A stretch of 64,000 bases of DNA from Octopus vulgaris (lineage: Eukaryota). The translations under genes were made by a program, and so were the position numbers. Below are positions 1 to 11,449 of this stretch, one piece after another. The notes under the pieces are model-generated. The model made no database searches. It had not been told where the DNA came from and worked only from the letters and a program-made list of their open reading frames with translations. The number at the start of each line of letters is the position of its first letter. Within the stretch, counting starts at the first letter, position 1. The stretch lies in NCBI GenBank assembly GCA_951406725.2, contig OX597815.1:51894001-51958000 (forward strand). The letters are read 5' to 3'.

Positions 1-39
1 TTCATTCTTTTGTTGTCTTACCATTACTGTTAATATATA

Positions 40-230
40 TTTGTGTGTCTCAGCTTGTCCCTACCACCATCACTTGACAACTGATGTTGGTGTGTCACTT
101 AGCAGTTCTGCAAAAGAGACCAATAGAATAAGTAATAAGCTTACAAAGAATAAGTCCTTGGGTTGATTTGTTCGACTAAAAGGCGATGCTGCAGCATGGT
201 CACAGTCAAATGACTGAAACAAGTAAATGA
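40..230 (+). mobile_element. SINE 3' body fragment
   Basis: cttgacaactgatgttggtgtg...gcagcatggtcacagtcaaatgactgaaacaagtaaa; same body at 14330-14535, 27610-27800, 60230-60440 and, reversed, at 14950-15150, 57650-57860, 63800-64000. Confidence 0.85.
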
Positions 231-411
231 TATATATACATATATATATACACACACACACACAAAGAAATGAAAATATAAGTTTTATGGTATAACCCAC
301 CATAAAATCTATAGGTGGCATTTATTGTCAAATGCTTCTTATACCTTGTCAAAATTGATTTTCTCACGATGCACCAATATCTCCACATTTAAGTTAGTGG
401 CTGATCTGATT

Positions 412-1658
412 CTTACCAATAGTAGTCTACAGTTGTGGATCTCACCCTACCTTTCCTTATTCCCCTTCCCTTCCTTCCACTGGCCTTGTACTTAAATATA
501 GCAACTGCATGTTTGTGACTTGTATCAACTGTCTGACTGAGGAAACATTTAGTTTGATTATGCATGATGCATTTAAGGACTGCATTTATAGTTGACATCA
601 TCATAATATTCATAAAGTCAGTGAGCTGACAGAATCATTAGTTCACTGGACAAAATGCTTAGCAGCATAACTTTGCCTTTCATCCTTTTGGAGTCAATAA
701 AATAATTAACAGTTAAAAGCATTGGAGTCAATGAAATTTACTAGCCTCTTGCCCCTAAAATTACAAGCCTTTTGGCAGTAGTAAAAATAATTCTTTTAAT
801 ATTTATAACTCAGGATTCTTTGACAAAGAGGTTCTAACTGATTGCTGTCTTTCTTTGCAACTGGGTAAGTTCATAGCTGTTTTAGAATGTCATATTCAAG
901 GCAGTGCCCCAGCATGGCCAGTCCAATGAGCAAAAGAAAAAACAAATAAAATAATACAGGAATAAAAGAATAAACGAATAAGAGTCAATATTTTCTGTCT
1001 TGGCAGAAATCTAGATATTTACAGGGATTATTGCTGCAGTTAACTTCATTCACCTTCAGCATCAAGAATTCATTGACAATGAGCTCCCACTGATACCCAT
1101 CATTCACTGCAGATAGTGGGAGACCATGACTTCTTTGCTTTCTTGGTCTTTGTGTTGGTCCCTATGATGTCACTGGGTGAATTACTTTTTTCATTCTTCC
1201 AAAAGTGTCTACTTAAATATCATGGATTGTGACTTGTTAATTTTTGACAGGGCAATGAAAAATGTTGGTAGGTCTTATGCTAGTTGGGAAGAGAGATATG
1301 TTAGTAAGAGGAGATACTATCATGTTAGAAAAGGGATGGGGAAAATGAGCTGGGAAGAGAAACAGCTAAAACCTAACTGAAAAGAAAAGCAAGAAAGAAA
1401 CATAGGCTTGAACTTGGTATTTCTTTATTTCATCAGTTACATGTTTCAATATTTGGTGACACAATGTCATGCTATAAATGCAACCCTTAAATGCAGCATG
1501 CATAATCAAGCCAAATGTTTCCTCAGACAGTTGATACAAGTCACAAATATGCAGTTGCTATATTTCAGCACTCATGAGGTACAAGGCCAGTAGAAGGAAG
1601 GGAAGGGGAATAAGGAAAGGTAGGGTGAGATCCTCAATTGTAGACTGCTGTTGATAAG
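412..1658. repeat. Inverted repeat pair, ~190-bp arms (412-598 / 1464-1658)
   Basis: gtctacagttgtggatctcaccctacctttcc...gcatttatag is the reverse complement of ctataaatgc...ggaaaggtagggtgagatcctcaattgtagac with scattered mismatches. Confidence 0.9.
615..790 (+). mobile_element. Decayed tRNA-derived SINE (same family as the 8.7-10.3 kb array)
   Basis: gtgagctgacagaatcattag...ctttgcctttcatccttttggagtcaataaaataa. Confidence 0.75.
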
Positions 1659-2329
1659 TACTATAGATGGAAACAGGCACCTAGTACCACAGATGTAAAT
1701 TGGCACCAAAGAAAGTGGATTATTTGTTGCATTGGTTTGCTGGGAGCTGTATTATTTAGTCTGGCTATGTGCTACTCCCAAATAAAAGCAATCATGATAT
1801 TTAGGATTTGAGTAACATGTTTATATGGTGGTTGATATTGCAATTGTTATTTTACATAAGCCATTATGCTTGTGTGTGAGAGGAGAAAATGTTGTTTGTA
1901 CTTGATGAGAAGAGAGAACGTTATGCTTGGAAAGAGGTGAGAATGAATGCTTAGAAAGTGGAGGCCTTTTAACACAAGGTCAGTGTGGTATGAATGCTGG
2001 TTGAACAAGAAAACCTCTGCTGTCCTCTGTCATCCTCTGCAAATCTCGGTGAATGCTCCCTCTCTCTCTGGTTTGTATTTCCCATGCATTTCACTTTATA
2101 ATCATGATTTGGCATAAAATTACATGGAATTTTCTTTTTGATCACACCACCATACAAATGCATTAGAACAACAATTAGCCAAAATATAGGCTGCATTCAC
2201 CTGATATATCATGGCCTTCATCTGTCACAGAACTGACAAAGTCTTGAATGCAAAGCAGTGCTACATATTCATTAATAGATACCTCCCATAGATGTAAACA
2301 GATACTATGGACAGATGAAACTGCTCAGC

Positions 2330-2362
<33 letters not shown>

Positions 2363-2369
2363 GTATATA

Positions 2370-2668
2370 CATGATGGACTCTCCCATTTAAGACAACGTA
2401 TGAGTGTTCAGCTTTTGCCGAATGACCTGCACAAATGATTTGTTTATAGTGATCAAATGATCATGCCACACATTAGCTCACTCTCTCCCTCAAATTGACA
2501 TTGAACAGATGCACTGTGTGCCACATGTCAGGTGTGGAAGTGATTGCAGAGCAATGTGAGTTGAGATGTTTTGCTCAAGAACACAACACACGTCCTGATC
2601 TAGGAATTGAAATCACAATCATTAGATTGTGAGTCAATACTCTAACTATTAGGCCATATGCCCTCACA
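2370..2668 (-). mobile_element. SINE
   Basis: gagcaatgtgagttgagatgttttgctcaagaacacaac...aggaattgaaatcacaat; related to 52190-52270. Confidence 0.65.
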
Positions 2669-2677
2669 CACAACACA

Positions 2678-3575
2678 CTGGGTGCGATGGGTAAATTGTT
2701 GCCATTTTATATTTCATTCATGTGCATTGTTCGTTTTTGATTTTGTTGATTATACAGTATAGCAGGGTCAGTTGATTACACAGTATAATAGGGTCAGTTG
2801 GGCACCATCTGTGAGAAAAACAGCACTATGACACAATTTACTCTGCCAGAAATTTGAAAATGATATGCCGTGCTGTTTGGCATTTGCACCGAAAGCTCCA
2901 ATACGAACATTTCAGTGTGTTTGGGTGTCCACTTTGAAACATGCACCGAGAGTGATAAAACTCAAACATCCAGTCAACATCATGGTGTTTCAAGTAATCA
3001 GTGATGGCGATGTTATGCTCCATTCATCTTTCCACATGGCCTCAGACTCAACATGGAGGTCAACATCAAGTGCCTGGAGGAGGTAGTGCTGCCCTGGGTC
3101 AAGAGGGTGGCTCCTGGAAGAGCTTATGTTTGGCAACAGGACTCTGCACAATGCCACACAAGCAAGAGAACCCAGTCATGGCTGTCAGACAATTTCTGTG
3201 ACCACATCACCCCTAACATCTGGCCACCTACCTCCCACACTGCAATCCCCTTGACTATTACACAGTATAGTATGAGTTTGGCACAGTTGTGCTAGAGACC
3301 AACAAAATTTCTTGTAACACCAAAGATGAAATGAAGGTAAGGATTAGGGCAACATTCACCAACTTAAACAAGGAAACCGTCTAGAAGAGTTGCAGGAGAT
3401 TCCAAAGTCGTATGGAGGTTGTGGTTGAAGCCAATGGTGATTTTATTGAATAAATTTACTCCTTAGTATTTCAAGATATTTTAATGTAATTTTGGTAAAT
3501 ATATCTGTTAGAATGTGATGTCAGTGCTATTTTCATTTTTGTGTAATTTAGATGAATTTATTAACTGCATCCTAT
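2678..3575 (+). mobile_element. Tc1/mariner-superfamily element, internally deleted, decayed transposase
   Basis: Frameshifted KHPVNIMVF, YVWQQDSAQCH, NIWPP...PL (DDE transposase motifs); terminal gggtgcgatgggtaaattg / aatttattaactgcatcct. Confidence 0.88.
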
Positions 3576-4544
3576 ATATATATATAAATCATTACTAATC
3601 CAACAAATAGTAGTACAGAAAAAATAAATGAAGTTGAAAATGCACAGAGAATATATGAAGATTTGTTTAAATTTTAAAGCATATTTATATATGTAATTAA
3701 AACATATATGTAATTAAACATATATATATTTAAAACATATGTATATGTAATTGATTTGAGATTTGATTTTTCAGAAGTGTATGTTATGTGGAACTGTGTT
3801 GCAAACTCTATCATCTCTGTCTGTTGTTTTAAAAAGTAGCTTAGATTACTATCAGTTAACGAACAGATTGATTGGTTGAGGAAGGTCAGGTGGTGAGGTA
3901 AGGAAATTTTGAGGCAGTTTTCTGTTGTATTTGTGTGTTGTGGTCATTTGACAACTCTGCAAGAAGATATATCAAAGATGTATCATATGACAGTTAAAAG
4001 GATAGCTATGATATTTGCGTCTGAATTTATGATTGTTTTCGCCTTTTGGTTGTATCCAGTAGCTGTGTGAGCAGCTTTTATCTTATTTAGTCAAGGCACG
4101 GTGACTTTTTTTTAGTTATATATACTGTTTGAGTGAATGATTCAGTCTGTCTTACCAAAATGTAGTCAAAATGGTTGAAAATAAAGTGTTACTTTTAAAC
4201 AATTTGGAGTGCACAACTGTTATAAATAATTACAGGTGATAACTACTGAAAAATCTCAAGTGAATAAAAAATAATTGTTTTGTTTCTAAATTTTCACAAC
4301 ATCCATTTGAATACATTGAATTCACAGAGCAATCTAAATATTTATACAATCAGGCTGAATGTGTCATGCTGTCACATGGTCAGTTGAAGGGAGAGGTAAG
4401 AGAATAAGGGAGGGAGAGAAGTTTTGATGACATGAAGTAGAGGGAAAGTAATAGTTATTACATGGTTATACAGAGTGAGAGAGTTAGAAATACAATATTT
4501 AGCAGAGGGTTGATGTTTTGATGGTGAGGTTAAAGAAAGGCAAA

Positions 4545-4549
4545 TAGAT

Positions 4550-4610
<61 letters not shown>
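4545..4610. repeat. (GATA)n/(GA)n microsatellite
   Basis: direct inspection. Confidence 0.95.
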
Positions 4611-4612
<2 letters not shown>

Positions 4613-5250
4613 TGAGTAGTGATGTTATTACCAGCCGATGCATTACACTGTCATGTTGTTAGTGGGATTGAGAGAAAGAGAGAAATGATAATAACGTGAA
4701 GAGGGAAGTGACATGGTTAAAAAGTTTGTTGAAATAAGAGGTAGCAAAAAAAGAGAAATATAAAGTGTTTAGCAGGGAGAAATCATATAATATATTATTG
4801 TAACTGACAAGAAAACATTTTAAGATCAATTTTTTTAATGTCTTCTATCTGTCGATCTATTTATCTATCTATCCACACTGACAAATACATCAATTGCTGG
4901 ACGGAAGAAAGAAAGCTTATATTAGATATGAAATTAGATTCATCAGAGATAGAAAGATAGATTTTTTTTCAATGGAAGTGAAATAACTAAGCAAAATATC
5001 CGTAGATTTTGTTTTGCTTTTGAAACTTTGTGCTGTCAGAGAAGAGAGATACATCAACAGCAAGAAAAGTAGATATAAACAAAAAACTGAATTGAACAGA
5101 ATTGAAATGAAAATATTGGTTGGAAAACAGACGGAGCTTTGTCGACAGCAGTAGAGTTGGTGCTGATGAGTAAGTGTTGGTCATTTTTTTTTTTATTGAA
5201 CTAAAATTTTATATTACCCATCATGCTTATAAAGGCAATTATTTATCATC

Positions 5251-5419
5251 TGCAGCATGGAAGCCATTATAAGCCATTTAAGAAACACACAAAAACCGTT
5301 AGATCTAACGATTTTCGTGTTTCTTAAATGGCTTATAAACACCTTCCACGCTGCAATTGTTTTCGTTCCAGCACACGATCTCAGATCAGGTCACTTGCTA
5401 TGCAAGTACATCTCCGTAA
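5251..5419. mobile_element. Palindromic MITE-like element with truncated left arm
   Basis: ttataagccatttaagaaacac..cgttagatctaacg..gtgtttcttaaatggcttataa (5267-5338); flanked by direct repeat tatttatcatctgc at 5240-5253 and 5420-5433. Confidence 0.75.
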
Positions 5420-5753
5420 TATTTATCATCTGCTCACTTGAAAATTGATATTTGTTTATTAAATATGGATGACAGACAATGTAAGCTAACAAGAGAAAGA
5501 ATAAGATGGTATGGACAACAGCGTAAAGAGAAACAGGGTTGAATCACTAGAACAAGCACGGGAGACAGTAGCATAGAAGGGAAAATATGAATCAAAGATA
5601 ATACAATGAGTATTTGCAACAGATAAGAGAATGTCTTCAAGATAATAAAAAAAAAATGAAAATGTAAGAGAATGTCAAAAAAAAAAAAATGTAAATAAAT
5701 GGTTGAATATTCCTGTAATCACTGTAAAGCTCCTGATGTAAAAATGAATCTCT

Positions 5754-6298
5754 GAAAACATTATTGTAAACAAAATTCTAATTTGTAAGTTTAACGTAGT
5801 TTAATTCTTCGAATTTTAACCAATGAAATACCAGCATTTGAGCTCAAATCATTTGCTGCGTCTAAAAACTCAGACAATATCCTGTTGAACGTAAACAGCA
5901 CACACACACACACGTTATTCATCCTTCTCTCTTCTGCATGTGCTAGAAATAACAACTATATCTCTTAAATCGATGAATTTCATCGCCCAATAAAAATATT
6001 AACGATATTTTTTGAATATTTTCTTTCTTTTTTTTTACCAAAAAGGCTTCTCCCATGGTTTTGAAGGGCCAGAAACAACAAAAACAAAACAATAATATGC
6101 CTAAATCGGTGTAGAGGGTGCGCGTGGAGTGTGGGTCGTATTGTAAAATTGGTCATTGGTTAAAATTCGAAGAATTAAACTACGTTAAACTTACAAATTA
6201 CAATTTTGTTTTCAATTTTGTTTACAATAATGTTTTCTTTTGACACATTCTACCAGTATACGAAGTTTCAGATTGTTTCCATCAAAAGGAAAAGATCC
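5754..6298. mobile_element. Fold-back MITE, same family as 18002-19144
   Basis: Inverted arms 5754-5827 / 6153-6237; right end acattctaccagtatacgaagttt...aaaagatcc shared with 19062-19144. Confidence 0.8.
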
Positions 6299-6554
6299 AA
6301 ATGAAAGAATGGGGAAGTCGTGCTCCCTCATTACAATCATAAAAGATTTTTAAAATATAATAAAATATAATAATGCAGAATGTACAATTTCCAAAGAAAT
6401 ACTAATTTTTATTATTCTATATAAACTTTCGACCACCAAAAAATTCCGTATTTACTATGGAATTTCCACGGGTACTGCAAGTATAAATAAATAGAAGAGG
6501 AGAGGGTGACTGAAAGAGAAGCCCATCAGTTGTATAATGTACTTACTCCAACTC

Positions 6555-6869
6555 GGCGTTCCTTCGTTTTAACTCGACAAAACTATAACAAGACCTCGGT
6601 TGCTCCCGTAACAACTCGACAATTCACTTTGGATATTTTCGTGACCTCCGAAAATTTGCGGATTTTACATACACACATGAAGCAGGTAAGAACAAATATT
6701 CAAGGCTTTTTGCTGGCATAATTTCTTTATATCTATATTCCACAACACATAACTACATAAAAACAGAACACGCACACTGTCACGAAGATATCCGAAGTGA
6801 ATTGTCGAGTTGACACGGAAACAATCGAGGTTTTGTTATAGTTTTGTCGAGTTAAAACGAAAGAACGCT
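6555..6869. mobile_element. MITE with ~90-bp TIRs and 9-bp TSD (MULE-type)
   Basis: TIRs cgttccttcgttttaactcgacaaaactataacaa / ttgttatagttttgtcgagttaaaacgaaagaacg; TSD ctccaactc at 6546-6554 and 6870-6878. Confidence 0.9.
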
Positions 6870-7096
6870 CTCCAACTCTTTTAAATCTAATCCTCATAGT
6901 GCCCAGCACACCCACCACTCTCTACCCTCCCTATTGATTCCAGTGACGCCCCGCTCAAAATTTAACACAGCTACAGTTCTCCTAGAGTCAGAAACCTAAC
7001 CTCTGAGAACTACAGAATGTCAAATTTCTTACCCGAGTAGAACAATAAAACATCACAGCCGTCTTGCTGGAAAACGCACGACTTCCTACTGTGAGA

Positions 7097-7300
7097 CTAG
7101 GATCGCTCCCTACACGAGATGAAACGACCCATCACAATTAGCATAACTAGGATCAGGAACAAAAGCATTCGTTTTCTCAATAGAGCGCAACAAAATCCAC
7201 TAAAATGTCTTCGCCAACTAGACAAAGTGTTTACCAAACGTCGACCCTGACTGACATGATTTCCAGTTGGAATCAAGGACGGAGCAGGAGTTGACAACAT
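7097..7300 (-). CDS. Candidate 67-aa ORF / first exon with a basic patch followed by a hydrophobic (TM-like) segment
   Basis: MLSTPAPS...LLRKRMLLFLILVMLIVMGRFISCRERS*; non-repetitive, CpG-rich; donor-like CGG|GTAAGA on - strand at ~7032. Confidence 0.35.
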   Translation of the reverse strand: MLSTPAPSLIPTGNHVSQGRRLVNTLSSWRRHFSGFCCALLRKRMLLFLILVMLIVMGRFISCRERS

Positions 7301-8384
7301 TGCCTAACTAAAAACTAACCCCAGATCATAAAAACACTAAAAGGGAAATGAAGAAGGAATAAAGGAAAAAAGAGAAAAAAAAGTGAAAAGAATAAAAAAT
7401 GCAAGGACAAGGCAGACTCAATAAACTGACAAAGTTACCAGTAAATTGATTGCAATAATAAAAAGATGACAGGCAATGAAGCAAAACATAAATCGCAGAT
7501 TCGTAATTAACTAGAGACCGATTTCAGCAGCCTGCTCGAAGCCAGTTTGAATCAGAAGTAAATTAATGATGAAGAAAACTTGAAATTGTAATTTTTGTAT
7601 ATTATGTCTTTATTAGTTCATGTTAATTCATGGTTGAGTTAAATTTTAATTATTGTAGAAAAAAAAATCTTCAGTTTTTACCTTTTTTATATTATCACGT
7701 CTTAATCACTCAATCTAAATTCTTGGCAGAATCATTACTGCGAGATGAGGATAATTACAACCCATCATGTTCGGAGTTCAGATTTCGCTGAGATTGATTT
7801 TTGCCTTTTACTCTTCTGAGGGTCAATAATACAAGTACTAATGTTGATTTAATCACCTAAGTTTTAGGCCTTATGCATGTCGGTTTTAGAAGATGAATAT
7901 AACTGATATGAATTTAAATATAATCTACAGCAGCAGATTTCAAACTAAATCAATTTTCTTAAGTATATAAAATAAAATTACAAACAGTTGAATTTTATTA
8001 AGCGTTTATAATAGAATTAAATATTTCTAATAAAATCGTTTAAAATATGTTTCTCACTATAACCAGACATATCACCATGTCTGGTTATAGGATTGAAATA
8101 ATACTGTAATAATGTGGCGGGTTTTTTTTTCCGGCTCCAATAAACTTGCAAATCCTATTCTTATTTACTTTTCGAAGTAGTTACTTTACATAAGAAATTA
8201 CTCAACTTCAACAATACTGAAGCATAAGTTAAACTAAAACATTAAATGTTGTGAAATGAAAGAAGTAAGCGATGTGGGGATTTAATGTTAGGGTTCGCTG
8301 AGGTGAGCAAAGTTATTTTTGTATTTATTGCCCATTATTGCGAGACGGATGTCTCTTCATAGTTTGTCCGCTTATTTAGAGACA

Positions 8385-8546
8385 ACCTGGCACCTACGTG
8401 GACATATGTACGTCAGTATGGGATATGCGTAGGTATATATAAGGTTGCTAATGTCGGCTGCTACCACTTTTCCTGTTTACAGTGAATTGAAAGGGTTGTA
8501 ATCCCCGTTATGTCCTCATGAAGCACATCTGCATGTTCCGGTAATC
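8385..8546 (+). promoter_or_regulatory. Candidate RNA Pol II core promoter and first exon
   Basis: TACGTG (8395-8400), TACGTCA CRE-like (8409-8415), TATATAA (8436-8442), Inr CCACTTT with A at 8466 (30 nt after TATA), donor CCG|GTAATC at 8541. Confidence 0.55.
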
Positions 8547-8659
8547 AATGTATTGTATATAGATGTTTAAGTGAGGTATATTTTTGAATCTTTGAGAAAT
8601 TACGGGTTAGAGATTCCATACATGTTTTTCTACATGTATATACTTATCATGAATTGATG

Positions 8660-10272
8660 ATAATCCTTTCTATTATAGGCACAAGACCGGAAATTTGGGT
8701 GGAGGGGGCCAGTTAATTAGATCAACTCAGTACACAACTGGTACTTAATTTATCAACCCTGAAAGGATGAAAAGCAAAGTCGACCTCTGCAGAATTTGAA
8801 TTCAGAATGTTAAGACAGACGAAATGCCACGAGGCATTTTATCCAGTGTGCTAACTATTCTGTCAAGTATATCAACTCCAGTGTTCCACTGGTACTTGTT
8901 TTATCAACTCCGAAAGGATGAAAGGTAAAGTCGACCTTGGCGGAATTTGAACTTAGAACGTAGCTATGGGTGAAATATCGCTAAGCATTTTGTCCAGCGT
9001 GCTATCGATTCTGCCTGCTCGCCACCTTAATGATTAATAATGGTTTTAAATTTTGTCACAAGGGCAGTCATTTTGGGGAGGGGATGAGTCGATTATATAG
9101 ACTCCAGCGTTCAATCGGTACTTATTTTATTAACCCTGAAAGGATGAAAGACAAAGTCAACCTCGGCGAAATTTGAACACTGAATGTAGCGGCAGACGAA
9201 ATGCCACTAAGCATTTCGCCCAGCATGCTAACTGTTTTGCCAGCTCGCCGCCCTAATAATAATAATAATAATCCTTTCTACTATAGACACAAGACCTGGA
9301 TTTTTGTGAGGGGGACAATCGATCACATCGACCTCAATACTTGACTGGTACTTAATTTATCAACCCTGAAAGGATGAAAGGCGAAGTCGATCTCAGCGGA
9401 ATTTGATCTTAGAACATAGCGACGGGCGAAACACCGCTTAGCATTTTCTCCAGCATGCTATTGATTCTGCCAGCTTGCCGCCTTGATAATAATAATGGTT
9501 TGAAATTTTGCCACAAAAGCAGCCATTTTGTTGGAGAGAATGAGTCGATTACATTTACTCCAGCATTCAACTGGTACTAACTTTATCAACTCCGAAAGGA
9601 TGAAAGGCAGAGTCAACCTCGGCGGAATTTGAACACAACGTAGCGGCAGATGAAATACCGCTAAATATTTCACCCTGCATCCTAATGATTCTACCAGCTC
9701 GCCACCTTAATAATACTAATAATAATAATCTTTTTTTTCTGGAAGCACAAGGCCTTGATTTTGGGGGAAGGAATTAAGTCGATTACATCAACCCCAGTGC
9801 GTAACTGGTACTAACTTTATCGACCTCGAGAGGATAAAAGGCAAAGACGACCCCAGCGGCATTTGTACTCAGAACATGAAGACAGACGAAATACCTATTT
9901 CTTTACTACCCACAAGGGGCTAAACACAGAGGAGACAAACAAGGACAGACAAACGGATTATATCGACCCCAGTGTGTAACTGGTTCTAACTTTATTGACC
10001 CCGAAAGGCAAAGTCGACCTCGGCGGAATTTGAACTCAGAACGTAACGGCAGACGAAATACCTATTTCTTTACTACCCACAAAGGGCTAAAAACACAGAA
10101 GGGACAAACAAACGGATTAAGTCGATTATATCGACCCCAGTGCGTAACTGGTACTTATTTAATCGACCCCGAAAGGATGAAAGGCAAAGTTGAACTCAGA
10201 CCGTAGTGGCAGACGAAATACTGCTAAGCATTTTCGCCTGGCGTGCTAACGTTTCTGCCAGCTCGCCACCTT
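8660..10272 (-). repeat. Head-to-tail array of ~8 tRNA-derived SINE units, several separated by (TAA)n
   Basis: Repeated ctggtactt..atc(a/g)accc(c/t)gaaaggatgaaaggcaaagtcgacctcggcggaatttgaactcagaacgt; - strand A-box TGGCAGAA and B-box GAGTTCAAATTCC. Confidence 0.92.
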
Positions 10273-10274
10273 AT

Positions 10275-10500
10275 TCATCATCATCACCATCATCATTGTT
10301 TAACATCTGTTTTCTTTGCTAGCATGGATTGGACGGTTTGACTGGGGTCTAGGAAACCAGGAGGCTACACCAAGCTCCAGTCTGATCTGGCAGTGTTTCT
10401 ATAGCTGAATGCCCTTCCTAACGCCAACCACTCCATGAGTATTGGGTGCTTTTTACGTGCCACCGGCACAGGGGCCAGGGGAGGCTGGCAACAGCCACAT
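10275..10500 (-). mobile_element. RTE-LINE 3' tail fragment with (GAT)n end
   Basis: Reverse complement matches 25250-25445; other copies at 14165-14310, 16125-16317, 21378-21650, 62430-62780. Confidence 0.8.
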
Positions 10501-10884
10501 TAATAATAATAATAATAATATTTGTAATGTATTTCCTATACTGTAGTGAAACATGGAATTATAAAAACAAAATTTTCTAGTCTTTATTCATTCCTGCATG
10601 CATACATACACACACACATACTATACTATACTACAGAATTAGCCAATACTCTGCTTAGACAAATGGAGACATCTTGTCTCTATATCTACTACATAGTTTT
10701 GTGGACAGAAAATGTGGGAGCAGTTAAACTAATTTCAGTTTCATGAGAGATTTCATCAGTGGCACAAAACTCTCTTACTAAATCCTTAAGTAAATTGGAT
10801 TAACCAATTCATATATACAAGAATAGCACATTCTTGACAGTTTGATTAATAAATTACAAGTACATTATTAGTGTTTTGTTTCAG

Positions 10885-11403
10885 TGTAAAAACTGTTGTC
10901 TAAATTATGCAAAAATGAAAATAACATTGACATCTCATTTTAACAGATATACTTATCAAAATTACATAAAAATATCTTGAAATACCTGTTGCCAGACATA
11001 GGGTCTTCCAGCAGCCACCCTCTTGACTCACGGCAGTACTACCTCCTCCAGGCACTTGATGTAGGCCTCCACGTTGATTCTGAGGCCGTGTGGGAAGATG
11101 AATGGAGGCATAACACCATGATGTGGACTGAATGTTTGATTTTTATCACTCTCTGTACATGTCCTTATATTGACACCCAAACATTGAAATGTTGGTACTG
11201 GAGCTTCCGATGTGAATGCAAAGCAGTACAGCGTGTCATTTCCAAAATTCTGGCAGAGTGAATTGCATCTTGGTGCTGTTTTTCTCACAGACAGTGCCCA
11301 ACTGACCCTACTATACTGTGTAGTCAACAAAATCAAAAACTAACAATGCACATGCATGAAATTAAAAATATAAAATGGCAACAATTTACTCATCACACCC
11401 TGT
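10885..11403 (-). mobile_element. Second, more deleted copy of the Tc1-like element at 2678-3575
   Basis: MPPFIFPHGLRINVEAYIKCLEEVVLP; shared terminus acaatttactcatcacaccctgta. Confidence 0.88.
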
Positions 11404-11449
11404 ATATTATGGGTTTTCTTACAAGCACTGCATGTAAAGGAAAATTAAA

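Noticed and set aside
8466-8495. Ferritin-type iron-responsive element (ttcctgtttaCAGTGAattgaaagg) in the candidate 5' UTR
   Set aside because: Loop matches CAGUGN but the upper stem (GUUUA / AUUGA) cannot pair.
8660-10272. CRISPR-like or tRNA gene array
   Set aside because: Eukaryotic context; ~200-bp diverged units with A/B boxes, no unique spacers, no cloverleaf.
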